Positions 37,230 through 50,071 are shown, counted from the first letter of the stretch. The stretch is DNA of 64,000 nt from Callorhinchus milii (GCF_018977255.1 NW_024704843.1:62001-126000); one strand, 5' to 3'. Notes: generated from the sequence alone by a model not told the origin. A program made the numbers and translations.

Positions 37230-37550
37230 ATAATGTACCTAAGCCATCGCCGCCAGTTGTTATCCTCACACAAACTTCCCCTGAAGACATCACCAGGCAC
37301 AACCAGGCCACTGCTGTCTGCTTAGCATTTGCTTTTCATCCAGACATACTCCGGGTTAAATGGCTAAGAGACTGGCTGCCCATCACCTCAGGTGTTGTGA
37401 GTTCTCCCTCTGTTAAAGAAGACAACGTGACATTCAGCACCAGCAGCCGCCTGACTGTCCCCGCCAGAGAGTGGAGGAGTGGCGCGGTTTATACCTGCCA
37501 GGTTTCCCATGAACCCACCCACACCATCATTGTCAAGAACATCACCTCAG
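37230..37550 (+). CDS. IGHM: Second constant exon, Cmu2-like duplicate (C2b)
   Basis: TTCCAG acceptor; DNVPKPSPPVVILTQTSPEDITRHNQATAVCLAFAFHPDILRVKWLRD...VYTCQVSHEPTHTIIVKNITS; GTGGGA donor; 321 nt. Clearly paralogous to C2a. Confidence 0.9.
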
Positions 37551-38226
37551 GTGGGAAACACGGCAATAGTTGGTACACATGGCAAGAACGTCACTCTCAG
37601 TTTCCTTTCAAATGTCCTCTGGTGAGAGCTCTATTGATACATTGCTTTCAGCCCCATTTGGATATTTCAATGGGAACAACACACAAGCGAGCTTATTCCC
37701 AGTTTTATTGATCTTTACGGCATGAGGAAATCGGGCCCCAATTCTCACGCAGTATTCAGTGGGTAGCAACAAAGGCCATGTTTCTGATCTGCTGCTCATG
37801 AGGAGCTCAGGCATCACTCACAGGTCCACGGGATTGTGGCTGTTATGCTCATATTCCACCCGCTTCCTCAACATCTACTCCCACTGAACTTTCTGATCAC
37901 AATTTGTATCAACCAGGGCAGATAGACATATAAACACAGAGTCACAGCTCATCCATCATATGTGTTACATCATGAGCGGTTGTCCGTCGGAGGGAATTGG
38001 AAATCAATAGGCCAAATATCACGCAATGCTTCAGGCAGCTTGAAAGCTCAACTTTCCAGTAAACTTTTCCATCAACGATTGATAATTGTATTAGGAAACA
38101 GCAATCTGTGGTCAGATGAGCCAGAATGTGAGAATGTTCATGGTCGGTCATTGCTTAACTTGACCCAATATGAAATTCTGGAAATGGACTGTTCTTTGTC
38201 TTTCTAAGTTTCTTTTACTTTTCTAG

Positions 38227-38538
38227 AATGCGAGGATCCCTCTGGAGGTGTCAAGATCTATTTCCTGCCACCTGCACAGCGACAGGTTTTGATGGATTCC
38301 TCTGTAACGCTAACATGTGTAGTGGTTAATGCACCACTTCACGTCAACGTGACTTGGACACAAGGAAATACACATTTGCAGTCTGGATATGGGAAAACTT
38401 CTGCCACTGAGCCTCAGAAAGTGATCAGTAAATTAAACATTTCTGTATTAGACTGGAACAGTGGTAAAGAATACTTCTGTGTAGCCAGCCATGATGATAT
38501 ACCATCTCCCATCAGAGAGAAGACGTTTAAGAAGACAG
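38227..38538 (+). CDS. IGHM: Cmu3 exon
   Basis: ECEDPSGGVKIYFLPPAQRQVLMDSSVTLTCVVVNAP...EYFCVASHDDIPSPIREKTFKKT; CTAG acceptor, GTGAG donor; 312 nt. Confidence 0.93.
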
Positions 38539-38795
38539 GTGAGGAGTGAAAAATAATTTACGTGTTTATTATAATTCCAGAATATAGGAAAACCACTGGG
38601 TGCAAATAATAAATTGCTTTCGAGAGATTTCAATCAACATCCGTGTTCCCATTCGCACCTGCAATTACAAACAGCTGAACGCAGTCTGAACAGAAAAACA
38701 CATCAATCTCAGCTTATTCTGCAGTCTCTTATGCTTTAAAGTTTTCTCTGATTGACCACTTTCAGTGTATTGACTCGATTGTGTTCTTCCAACAG

Positions 38796-39187
38796 TGGAG
38801 CACGTGAAACAACCTTCAGTGTATCTCCTCCTCCCGTCGGCAGAAGAATTGTCTGCTCAGCAGTCTGTCACCCTCACCTGCCTGGTGAAGGACTTCGCTC
38901 CCAAAGAGATCTTTGTGCAGTGGACTGAGAATGACCAGGTGATTGATTACAGTAACTACAAGAACACTGATGTGATGGCAGACAGTGCAGAGCGCAACTA
39001 CTCCATGTACAGCATGTTGTCCATCTCAGCCGGAGACTGGGACAGAGGATACTCCTACTCCTGTGTGGTCGGACATGAAACTTTCCCAATGAAGACTCTG
39101 ACCAGATCCGTTAATAAATCCAGCGGTAAACCGTGTTTTGTAAATATTTCCCTTGTCCTGATGGACACCGTGAATGCCTGTCAGTGA
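38796..39187 (+). CDS. IGHM: Cmu4 exon plus secretory tailpiece (internal TM donor after 39125)
   Basis: VEHVKQPSVYLLLPSAEEL...SCVVGHETFPMKTLTRSVNKSS|GKPCFVNISLVLMDTVNACQ*; N-glycan site and penultimate Cys typical of a mu tail. Confidence 0.95.
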
Positions 39188-39276
39188 GTGTCCCTCAATA
39201 CCATGTTGCCTATTTTCTTATGCACCCGCCTCCCTCCCATTGCATTGACTGTTTGTTTGCATGAACAAGTAACACA

Positions 39277-39282
39277 AATAAA
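39277..39282 (+). terminator. Polyadenylation signal of the secretory transcript (AATAAA)
   Basis: 90 nt after the tailpiece stop. Confidence 0.75.
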
Positions 39283-39759
39283 GATTATAGTTGCATTGAT
39301 GTGTCAGGTACAGAGAGGATGATTTGCAATTAATTTCACTGTCAACTTCCAAAGCAAGGACAAGTACATCCATTTTTGATGGGATGTTAGCATCAAGTTA
39401 ATAGGACAGTCAGGTTGGTTTGTACACTCTTAATCATGGTGATGGGTTTGCAGGTGTCAGGCACCCGTGTGACCCAAAAAAAGTTAATAGTCCGAAATTA
39501 TTCTACTTTACTTGCTACAGCCCAACTCAGACTGGATTTTATTTGCAGTTTGATTCAGAATCTAACAGTGAAGCTACACCTGTTCCTTTTCAACATATTT
39601 TCTTTCCCACCGAATAGCATCGCATTCCACGTGTAATAACATCGCGGACGTAAACTCCGGCTTTTTATTGCTACATTTCCATTAAAAGTATATACTTCTC
39701 ACACTGAAACTGATCCGAATACAGGAAAATGTTCATTTAAACATAAGCTTAGCCATACA

Positions 39760-40410
39760 TGGACATTGTAACCAAATGCATTCATTCAAACTCACATCCA
39801 CACATACTCACATACAACATCATATCCATCCAGGCCCACACACACTCACGTGTCCACCCATGTTCACAAACACACACATATACACACACAGAGACACAGA
39901 CACACAAACTCACATCCTCCCAGGGGCCACACACACATACACTCACACATCCCCGCAGGTCCACACATGCAGACACTTGCAGACGCAAACTCACGTCCAC
40001 CCAGTCCCACACACACTCACACACACTCACACATCCACCCTGGCTCACACAAACTCACTTATATCCACATCCAAACAATCCCTACACATTTTCGCACACA
40101 CACTTAATGGGCCGACACATTCACACTGATTTCCTTTAAGGCCCACAGATACTCACACACACCCACTTCCATCCAGGCCCCCGTAAGCTCACACTCACCC
40201 AGGCCCACGCACACTTAAACACACTCACATACCCATATTTACAATTAATTACACAGACAACTTGACACATTTACATCCACCAAGGCAGACACTCACACAC
40301 GCTTACATCAACCCATGTCGCCACACAAATACATACATGCAGGAACACGCACATATACACATATATACACATCCACGAATGACCACACACACAGACTCAC
40401 ACTCACCCAA
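39760..40410. repeat. CA-rich intronic tract (paralogous copies at ~44090-44750, 51620-52260, 55930-56620)
   Basis: Low-complexity CA/CACT words shared between the modules. Confidence 0.85.
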
Positions 40411-41594
40411 GCCAATACAAAATCAATAGCGCTATGGATGAACCTTTTTAAATTTAATCCTCATTTACTTTAGTTAATTTACAGAGACGTTTGTGCCGGT
40501 TCCTACAATAATATTAACGATTGTGAAATCGACATGGCTATCCATGATAAAAGAGATGATGGTCTAATAGGGTTGTTAGACACAGTCAGGAATAACTTTG
40601 GCAATTGTATAAGATTACAGACCCCTTAGCTGAGTTGGCCGAAAAGTGGAATTGCAGTTCAATATCAGTAACTGCTTCTGTTATAAGTGACGAGTGGAAA
40701 ACCTGGAGTAATAGTCGATGGGAGCGCATATCAAATGGAGTAAAAATGGACCCTGTGTTTTTTGTTGGGCAATCGACTGTTAATTAAATATAAATTTACC
40801 AGGATTATGGGTGGTGTACAGTGTGCGGTTCTGGGCATTTTATTAAACAAAGGAAATAAGAGCTCCTGAGAGGGTTTTGGGAAGTTTCACAAAGGTCAAT
40901 AGAGATGGTACCTGTGACTGACGTTACTGTGTTGAGGAATAGCTTCACATAGCGCGGCTGCTCTCGAAAGGAAAGAGCAGGTAAATCAGAAAGGGAAGAT
41001 CAGCAAATACAAGTTTTCAAATGTATTTAAGTTTTGAAAGGCTGATACAGTGAAAAGCGATAGTATCCATAAAAATGGGTATAAGAGGTCCAGTAAAATC
41101 ACTGTAAAATATAATGGCAAAGTCGATTTTTATATCGAGAATTGTTTAGAATAGAGAAACCTTCACCTCAGCATTATAATGTAAAGGAATTTCAAATATA
41201 TTTGAACAGAGACGATGTGAACTTGCAATAGAGCAGAAAGAAAGGTGGAATTGAAGGATTGGAGTAGATCTGTCCTTTTACTACCAACAGAGTCTCAATG
41301 GGAGAACTTCCTTCTTTCTGCATTTCCACAAATTGAGCTTTCCCAAAGTGTTCCTCAAATTCTTCCGCGGAATCTATATTGAGAGGAATATACGATAAAA
41401 TAATGTTTTTCTTCATTTGCCTTTGAATTAAAAGTTTGGAAGAAATGGTATGAAGTTCAGTGTTGTTTAATAGACGGAGAGAGCCCTTAATTATCTCGGA
41501 ATCTCTAAATACGTTAATAATATAACAGGAAAAATAAGAAATGTCTGAGGTGTCAATGCGCTCTGAAGATTTTTCCCTTTTTATAACCTCACAG

Positions 41595-41725
41595 ATTTGC
41601 CAAACGAGATGATGCTGGAAGGATTTCAAGAAGTTCAGTGTGACAACCTCTGGCCTACTGCTTCCACCTTCATCATCCTCTTCTTCCTTAACATTTTCTA
41701 CAGCGCTACCGTAACTCTTTTTAAG
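41595..41725 (+). CDS. IGHM: TM1 exon, module a ([44 protein letters not shown])
   Basis: ACAG acceptor, GTGAG donor, 131 nt; mu-type TAST-F...FYS.TVT transmembrane motif. Confidence 0.92.
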
Positions 41726-41854
41726 GTGAGGAGAGTAAATGCATTGAGGCCACGATGTCGTGCAACAGCTGCTGTTAAATATTCGGTGCATGGAAAGGCT
41801 AATAGTGAAGCTCATTGCAACCACTCTGTTGGCAAACTCAAACTCTACCTACAG

Positions 41855-41890
41855 GCCAAGATTCTTGTGACTGGGCTGTGTATAGGGTGA
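41855..41890 (+). CDS. IGHM: Probable TM2 exon, module a ([11 protein letters not shown])
   Basis: CTACAG acceptor 129 nt after TM1; the same small ORF is conserved in all four TM modules. Confidence 0.6.
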   Translation, partial: AKILVTGLCIG

Positions 41891-42054
41891 TCCTAATATC
41901 CCATCTCCCTTGCACACCCTATCACACCTGGCATATGCTCACCTGCTATAGACACAGGCAAGGTGCAAGGATTACTGTCTGTGTCAGCCCCAGCAGACAA
42001 ATACAAATTCACACAGAATCAGTTGGACCCTTGTGTATCCGTGTGTGTGCATAA

Positions 42055-42285
42055 TAATGATAATAATAATACTCCTTGCATTTGATATAGCTCTTTTCAC
42101 TTCGGGAGGACGTCACCAAGCGCTTCACAGAACATACTGTAATGTGAATTGAGTGTATATTTGTGGGCGAACGCGGCAGCCGATTGCGCACAGCAATGTC
42201 ACACAAACAGTCATGGATTCAAGATGATCAATATTTTTTTGTTTGTTTTTTTGAGGGATTATTATGAGGCGTATGTTTGTATGTT
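42055..42285 (-). mobile_element. 5'-truncated SINE (duplicate at ~53900-54125)
   Basis: Matches the SINE 3' half, with an (AAT)n-like tail. Confidence 0.8.
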
Positions 42286-43376
42286 TGTGTGGGTTTACCT
42301 GTTTGGATTGATATACACTTATAAACATAACCTTAAATATCATGACATCTTTATTTTTATTTTCCAGGTAAAATGAATTCATTAAGATCAGCTTCAACGA
42401 TGTGTCCCGTCCGTTTGTGCTTAACAACAAGCGTTGTGTGAAAGATTACGCGCTGCTTTTTTCACTCATTGTACAAATCACTTAAATTAAACATTGTATT
42501 GTGCAACTACTTGAATTTTAGTGGCTTTTGTTATTGTTAGTTTATTTTACAAATGTGCCTTTAGGTAACAATAACTGAAGTTGTTACTGTTACGCCTCTC
42601 TGATATTCTCTATTTGCTGTTTCCCATTTTTTCGTGTAAAGAAACAGAAAGTTAGTGGCTGAGATAATTTGTCCTCTTATTTTAATCTGAAGCTGAATTT
42701 TTGATTCTGCTCCGGTTTCATATTATCTCCAGATTCTGTCTGTTGTTTGCCAGAAGCATCAATAAAAATATTACAAATTCAATGATCTGTTTGTTTCCTC
42801 TTTCCTGTTCCTTTTGTGTCAATTGTGCCTTGCCGTTGCTTTCCAAATTATTCTGATTCCCAGTAACTCAGCATTAAACAAAAGCTGTTGAATTTAATGT
42901 CAAACTTCAGTTGCAGCTTTGCTGAGAACACTAAAGGCGATGATAGTTCCGCTTGAGATGGTTCTTCGCTCCAGTGAACAGCAGCTTTTTCCTTCCCATA
43001 TTGATCAGCCCCTCACCAAGATACAGCTTCAGACACATGACTATTCCAATATAGTAACATGCAGCTCTGTGTTAGAGTATTTATAGCACAATGTGAGAGC
43101 GCAATCTGTTTTATACATTGACAGAGCTTTATCTCCTGCCTGTGCTGAGCTGGACAATCTGACCAGGGCAGCACCTCAATTGGAGACCATAAAGCCCAAA
43201 TTCCTGCTGCGACGTTGGCCCATACACCTCTTCACAGGTCATACTGTGAAAATCATGGGGACGTCCTGCTGGTGTGAGAGACACTGAACCAAACACAGTG
43301 ATACTTATCATTGTTATTGATAACGACATAAACCTCACGGGCTGCAATACAATAGTATTTTGGATCTAATAGGCCT

Positions 43377-43486
43377 AAACATTCCCACTGAAGACCCTGA
43401 CCAGAAAGGTTAATAAATCTCGCGGAAAATCGAGTGTTGTAAACATTTCCCTTGTCCTGAAGGACACCGTCAATGCCTGTCAATGA
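43377..43486 (+). pseudogene. IGHM: Remnant Cmu4 3' end plus secretory tail, module b ([33 protein letters not shown])
   Basis: Homologous to ~39075-39187. No upstream Cmu4 found; the internal GT donor is changed to GA and AATAAA is degraded. Confidence 0.85.
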
Positions 43487-45445
43487 GTGTCTCTCAATAC
43501 CATTTTTCTTTATCTTTTAGGCATGCACCTCCCTAACATTGCATTGACTGTTTGGTTTCATGACAAAGTAACTCATATAGAGATTACAGTTGCACTGATG
43601 AGTCAGCTACAGCGGGCATGATTTACAAATAATTACACCGACAACTTCTATAATAAGGAGAGATACAACCTTTCTTTCAGGCGATTTGAACATCAATTTA
43701 ATAGAACTATCAGATTGGTATGTGAGCTATTAAGCAGTTTGATGGGTTAACACGTGTCAGAAACTGGGTTGATCAAAAAAAGGCGCTAATGCTCCCAAAT
43801 TAATCTACATTAATTGCTACCACCCAATCTAGTACTGGATTTTATTTGCAGTTTCATTTAGAATTGCACAAGTCAGCTACACCTGTTCCTTTCCATGATA
43901 CTTTCATTTCCACCGAATAGCATCGCAATCCGCATGCAACAGCATCTCTGCTGTAAGCAGCGACCTTTTATACTACATTTCCTTTAAAAGTAAATACTTC
44001 TTACACAGAACTGTTCCGGGTACTGGAAAATGTTCACTTAAACACACGCTTAGCCGTACTTTTACATTGTAAGTAAACGCATTCATTCACACTCACATCC
44101 ACACACCCTCACACACACAATCATGTCGACCGACACCCACAATCATTCACATGTCCACCCAGGTTCACAAACACACAGACACACACAAACACAGACACAC
44201 AAACTCACATCCACCCAGGCTCACACACTCACACATCCACCTAGGATCACACAAACTCGCACATACTCGCACCCAAACAAGTACTCACACACTCCCGCAC
44301 ACACAATTACAGGGGCCAACACATACTCACACTTACATCCATTAAGGCCGAGACACTCACACAAATAGGCTTCCACCCAGTTCCATACAAACTCACACGC
44401 AACCAGGCCGACTCACACTTACTTACACGCACACACCCAGCATCCCACACCTACACATTCACATCCACCAAGGCTCCCACACAATTATACATACTGAATT
44501 CCATCCAGGCTCACACACACTGTCACATAAGAAATTCCATGCAGGCCCACACACTGTCACCGAAATCCGTACACACTCAAACACACTCAAATCCACCCAG
44601 GTTCACACACAACTGCACACATACTCACGTACACTCACACTCAACAAGGACCATACACATTCGCACACACCCACAAAAACCCAGATTCCCTCGCATCCAT
44701 CAATGCCCACATACACTCACAAACCACTCACGCTCACCCAGGCCAACACACTCAATATCGCTCTGGAAGAATCCTGTTACACTTAATCCTGAGTTACTTT
44801 AGTTGATTTACACAGACGGTTTTGCCGGATACTCCACTGCTTTACTATAATATGAACGGTTTTCAAATCGACATGTTACTATTTATAGAATTATTGATGA
44901 TAGCATAATAGGAGTGTGGGTCACAGTCAGGAGCAACATGGGCAATTGCTTAAAATTACAGATCTTTTAGCTCAATTGGAATTGCACTTGTTGATTAAAT
45001 CAGCAGGAAAACCTTCTGTTTCAGGGCAGTGTGGAATATTTGGATCATAGGTCGATAGACCATATTTCAAAAGGTCAATTAAATATGAATATGAATGTCA
45101 ATTAAGTATGAAGTTAGTAGGATTCTGGGTAGAGTACAGATTGCGGTTCTGGGCATTTTATTAAACAGAGGATATACGAGCAGCTGAGAGGATTTTTGGG
45201 AGATTCACAAAGATCACTAAAGATGACGCCTGTGATTGACGTTACAGTGATGAGGATCCGCTTCAAACATTGTGGCTGCTCTCGAAAAAGAGACGGTAAA
45301 AGAGAAAGGGAAGATAAGCAAATACAATCTTTCAAATTTATTAATTTTTGAAAGAATGATGCAGTGAAAGGCGACACAAGCATATAAAACATCCAGGAAA
45401 ATCACCGTGAAATATAAAAGCTCAGTCGAATTTTATACCGAGAAC

Positions 45446-45600
45446 ATAAGAACATAACAATTAGGAGAAGGATTAGGCCATTCGGCCCCACGAGCCTGCC
45501 CCGCCATTTGATAAGATCATGGTTGATCTTCAGACTTAACTGTAATAACCTGCCCTATCCCCATATCCCCTAATTCCTCTATTGTTAAAAATCTATCAGT
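45446..45600 (-). mobile_element. CR1 3' terminal fragment (duplicate at ~57311-57470)
   Basis: agaacataagaacataa tail followed by ggccattcggccccacgagcctgc. Confidence 0.75.
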
Positions 45601-46031
45601 TTCAGCCTTGTTCATCATTTCAATATCAAAATGTAAAGGAATTCTAAATGGTATTTGAACAGTGACGATGTGAACTTGCAATAGAACAGACAGGAAGGTG
45701 GAATTGGAGCATTGGAGTAGATCTGTCCTTTTACGACGAGCACAGTCCCAATGGGAGCATTTCCTTCCTTATGTATTTCCTCAAATTTTTGACAAGTGTT
45801 CCACAGATTCTTCTCTAAATTCTATAATTGAGAGGAACAAACAATGAAACAATTGTTTTCTTTATTTCTCTTCCTATTAAAAGTTTGGAAGAATCTGCAT
45901 ATGTTTCTGTGCAGCTTAACAAAGGGATTGACTATGAAACTGAAAATACATTAATAATTCAACAGGAAAAATAAGAATTGTCTCAGGATTCATTTCGCTC
46001 TGAAGATATTTGCCCGTATTTGTCCTCACAG

Positions 46032-46162
46032 CTTTCCCAATCGAGATAATTCTGGAAAGTTTTCAAGCAGTTCAATGTGACAGCCTCTGGCCTACTGCTT
46101 CCAACTACATCATTTTCTTCTTCCTGAATATTTTCTACTACCCCACCGTCACTCTACTTGAG
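46032..46162 (+). CDS. IGHM: Diverged TM1 exon, module b (AFPIEIILESFQAVQCDSLWPTASNYIIFFFLNIFYYPTVTLLE); TM2-like at 46292-46327 (ATILVTGLCVG*)
   Basis: Intact CACAG acceptor and GTGAG donor, 131 nt, open frame; paralog of 41595-41725. Functionality unknown. Confidence 0.7.
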
Positions 46163-47123
46163 GTGAGGAGAGTAAATGCATTGACGCCATGATGTGGTGT
46201 AACAGCTGCTTTCAAATACTTGGTCCATGGGAATCCTGATAGTGATGCTCATTGCAACCACTCTGGTGCGAATCTCAACCTGCACCTACAGGCAACGATC
46301 CTTGTGACTGGGCTGTGTGTAGGGTGATCAAAATATCCTATCACCCTTACACAGCCTATCACACCTGGCATATGCTCACCTCCTATGGACATGGGCAAGG
46401 GGCAATGGTTATTTAAAGATTTAGTGTATCTCTGAGTTATTGTGGACAATATGAAGCATGTCGAAGGCTTTCCGTGGAATGTTTGCGAATCCAGAAATTG
46501 CAACAGTTAACAGCCATTTATTTAAAGTCAGTCTTGGATCAGTTCCTTGTATCAAGTACAGGCAACTGGCGGCAGTATTTCTACTGATATCAAAGATTTG
46601 CCAAATACATCAAATTTCCAATTGTTACGTAAATAAAATAAATCTCTACCATTTTGTAATTCGGCCCATGAACCCTTTCCTTATTAAGGAGAATCATCCC
46701 AGTACGACTCTTCCTTTAACTCACGACTATGTGCAGGCCTTTAGTGTACAAATCCAAGAACATTTGCAGCATGTGATGGAAATCTCGGAAGAAAAGTGTT
46801 CTGCCACAAAAGAAGGTTGTTCATCACTGAGATGCCACAGCAGCACAGACTATGGCATGATATAGCTCCTTAGAAGACAAACAGAATGTTGGGCGACAAC
46901 CTGAACCAGTTTAGGCCCAGATACTCAGAAAGCATCATCAAGATGCACATATGTTTTTCAGGCTGCACCTGTTCAATACTGAGTTTCCAAGGTGAAAGCG
47001 CTGGACAAGAGACAGCACAGAGATCGATGACGCTCATTCCCACAATCTGAATGATGTTCTAATATATGTTATGATGCATGTTTTCCCGCTTGACTGTGTG
47101 AGTGTGTGTTGGAAAGGGAGATT

Positions 47124-47154
<31 letters not shown>

Positions 47155-48654
47155 TGAGGGAGAGAAAGAGAGGGAGAGAGAGAGAGAGAGGGAAGCTGGT
47201 TGGGGAACAGTTTTGCACCAAGAGGTACAGGAATCAGGACTCTGTTTGGGGGAAAAATAATTTCAACATCACTCAGTGGGTTAGACTTGGGGGTGGGTTG
47301 GTGGTGGTGGTGATTTTGGATGAAGGAGGGGCAGTGGAGGAATGGTAGTGTGTATTTCTTAGTACTGGCTCCAACAAGTTATGCATCGTCTGGCTTGATC
47401 CCTGCTTTTTGGCCGGTTTGAACTATCCTATAAGTTACTGATTTGCCTTGAAGGGTTAACAAGATCTAAATTGAAAGCATCTCAAATGCCTTTCTTGTCC
47501 AGTTTGACTCTCTCGTCCTGGCAATGAGGCAGTGTCGCTGGTTTGTCAACAGCAGCGAATAGAATACTAAGGACTGACTTGTCTCAGGAACAGTTGTGAT
47601 CGAGACCACCACAAAGGCTCAGTATTGAACTTCCCATATATTGTTTCCAAGTATTCCAACCTGGAGTCAGTTCAGGACCAATGAGCACCTTTTCAGCTCC
47701 CCTGGTTTCCAGAACCATATCCAAATTATAATGCAACAAATGTATATACAATTGATAACTATGAGACAAATTAACTACAAGAAACACTGGACTGAATACT
47801 ACTGCCACAAGTACTGCGGTTCAAACAGCGTTTACAAGAAATGATTCATAATCGACGCGTGGTGATCTGAAATGAAGTCATTTTCTGATTTGCAGGAAAC
47901 ACCTGTAGTTTCTGACTCTAATTTAAACCGGTTTCCTCTGAATATGAAACTGACCCGAAACCTTCTGCAACAAACGGTTAAAAAATACTGCACCAAACAA
48001 CACAGAGTATTTTCCACCCATGCCTTATGACTGTGTAAATAAAATAATTGTCAAAGGATCAGATATGATTCTCCAATGGAAATAGAAACTCTTTATTATT
48101 ATCAGATTATATTTCATACCACAGCAATTATCTTAACTGACAGTAGACCGTTAGCAATTGCCAGAATATATATATACATCAAACCTTACATTTTCTACAC
48201 GTTAATGTTTAACTAAAATATCTTGGATATTTAAAGTTTGTGTAAGTGTCATCTTCCCACATAAATTGTAAATTTGAGAATTAAAACAAATATTTGAAAC
48301 ACGTTGCAGGTGAATCAGCACCAGAGAAAATAACAACTTGCAGTTTTTATCATGGAAGCTTTATTGTAGATTAGCAGCTACATGGTTAACAAGTGTGACT
48401 GCAGAACAGAACCTTTTCGTTTAATAAAATTAATCTTCTCTAAACGCTCATTTTAGAGACTATTAATACGATGCCAAATTATTCAGGAAATATTATAAAT
48501 TTCATGTCTAAGAATTTTCAACCAAGCGGTTGGGAAATAAATAAATTGTTTTATTCTGTCAGTCTCAGTGCTGAGGTTACCCTTATTTTTGTCCATCAAT
48601 ATGACTCATTTTGCTCATTCCCCACATTGAGAACCAAACTCAGATTACATGGCT

Positions 48655-48970
48655 AAACGCATGCCCTAACTGGCTCAGTGTCAGCACTCTCGCCTGTCAG
48701 TCAAGAAGCGGTGGGTTCAAGACCTATGTTTGCACGTGGGACTGGTCAAGTCCAGGCCGACACTGCAATACATTGCACGCCTGTATTTTAGGAGATTTGG
48801 TCTGTCCGTTTCTCTGGATGTTAAAGATGCTATAACTCTAATTTGATACAAAAGTGAATATCTCAGGGAATTGAGGCCAACAATCCCAAGTTTACAATAC
48901 CATGTTACCTTGGTAATGATGCTTACATTTATTTAGAGCCTGATCACATCTAAAAGACGTCTCAACGCGC
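48655..48970 (+). mobile_element. Old SINE with tRNA-like head and Deu-type-like body (duplicate at ~60520-60835)
   Basis: tggctcagtgtcagcactctcgcctg...gggttcaagacc head; ggccgacactgcaatac...ctggatgttaaagat body. Family assignment is from recall. Confidence 0.55.
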
Positions 48971-50071
48971 TTCACAGAATATACTGTAAAGTGAATTGAT
49001 TGTATATGTTGTTGGAAAATGCGATGCAGAAATCCGTATAGCTGTGCCCACATACAGTCGGGGATTGAAATGTCCAAATTATTATTATTATTATTTTATT
49101 ATTATTATTTTATCTTGATTGTTAATAATATTTGCATTGCAGACTCCATATTATCAGCTTGTTGAGGCATTTCACAGTAGGACAGGAAAAATCTATCTCC
49201 TTGTTTCGAATAAATATACAGTCAAATATACAGTCAAATATACACAAATATACAGTCAATTCACTTTACAGTGTGTTCTGTGAAGCGCTTTGGGACGTCC
49301 GCCCGACGTGAAAAGNNNNNNNNNNNNNNNNNNNNNNNNNNNNNNGACACAGATGGGGTGCCTCGGAGGATGTCGAGCCCGCCGAGGAGCGGGGCGAGTA
49401 TACGAGCAACTCCCTTTTGTACACATGGAGAACGTCACTCTCATTTTCCTTTCAAATGTCCTGGTGAGAGCTCTATTGATACATTGCTTTCAGCCCCATT
49501 TGGATATTTCAATGGGAACAACACACAAGCGAGCTTATTCCAGTTTTATTGATCTTTACGGGCATGAGGAAATCGGGCCTCAAATTCTCACGCCAGTATT
49601 CATTGGGTAAGCAACAAAGGCCATGCTTCTGATTCTGCTGCTCATCGAGGAGCTCAGGACATCACTCACAGTCCACGGGATTGTGGCTGTTATGTCCATA
49701 TTCCACCGCTTCCTCAACATCTACTCCCACTGAAACTTTCTGATCACAATTTGTATCAACCAGGGCGATAGACATATAAACACAGGTCACAGCTCATCCA
49801 TCATATGTGTTACATCATGAGCGGTTGTCCGTCGGAGGGAATTGGAAATCAATAGGCCAAATATCACGCAATGCTTCAGGCAGCTTGAAAGCTCAACTTT
49901 CCAATAAACTTTTCCATCAACGATTGATAATTGTATTAGGAAACAATAATCTGTGGTCAGATGAGCCAGAATGTAAGAATCATCATGGGCGGTCATTGCT
50001 TAACTTGACCCAATATGAAATTCTGGAAATGGACTGTTCTTTGTCTTTCTAAGTTTCTTTTACTTTTCTAG

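Noticed and set aside
41192-41824. 210-aa minus-strand ORF
   Set aside because: Antisense to TM1 and its intron, no recognisable domain, and truncated to 143 aa in the duplicate.
28142-41890. IgNAR or IgW identity for the cluster
   Set aside because: The V is VH-type with a full CDR2 region (V-NAR lacks it), and the four C exons, tail and TM follow Cmu2/Cmu2/Cmu3/Cmu4.
43081-43376. Possible 5' part of a Cmu4 exon ahead of the remnant tail
   Set aside because: Only a short LYLLP-like match followed by a stop; no continuous alignment to 38796-39075.
47641-47844. ORF ending TEYYCHKYCG, superficially like an Ig V end
   Set aside because: No D-x-A-x-YYC context, no first Cys/Trp framework and no RSS.
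49346-49418. Unique GC-rich sequence right after the gap, as a possible breakpoint or novel exon
   Set aside because: Sits at a contig start followed by many single-base indels versus copy 1; most likely low-quality read end.
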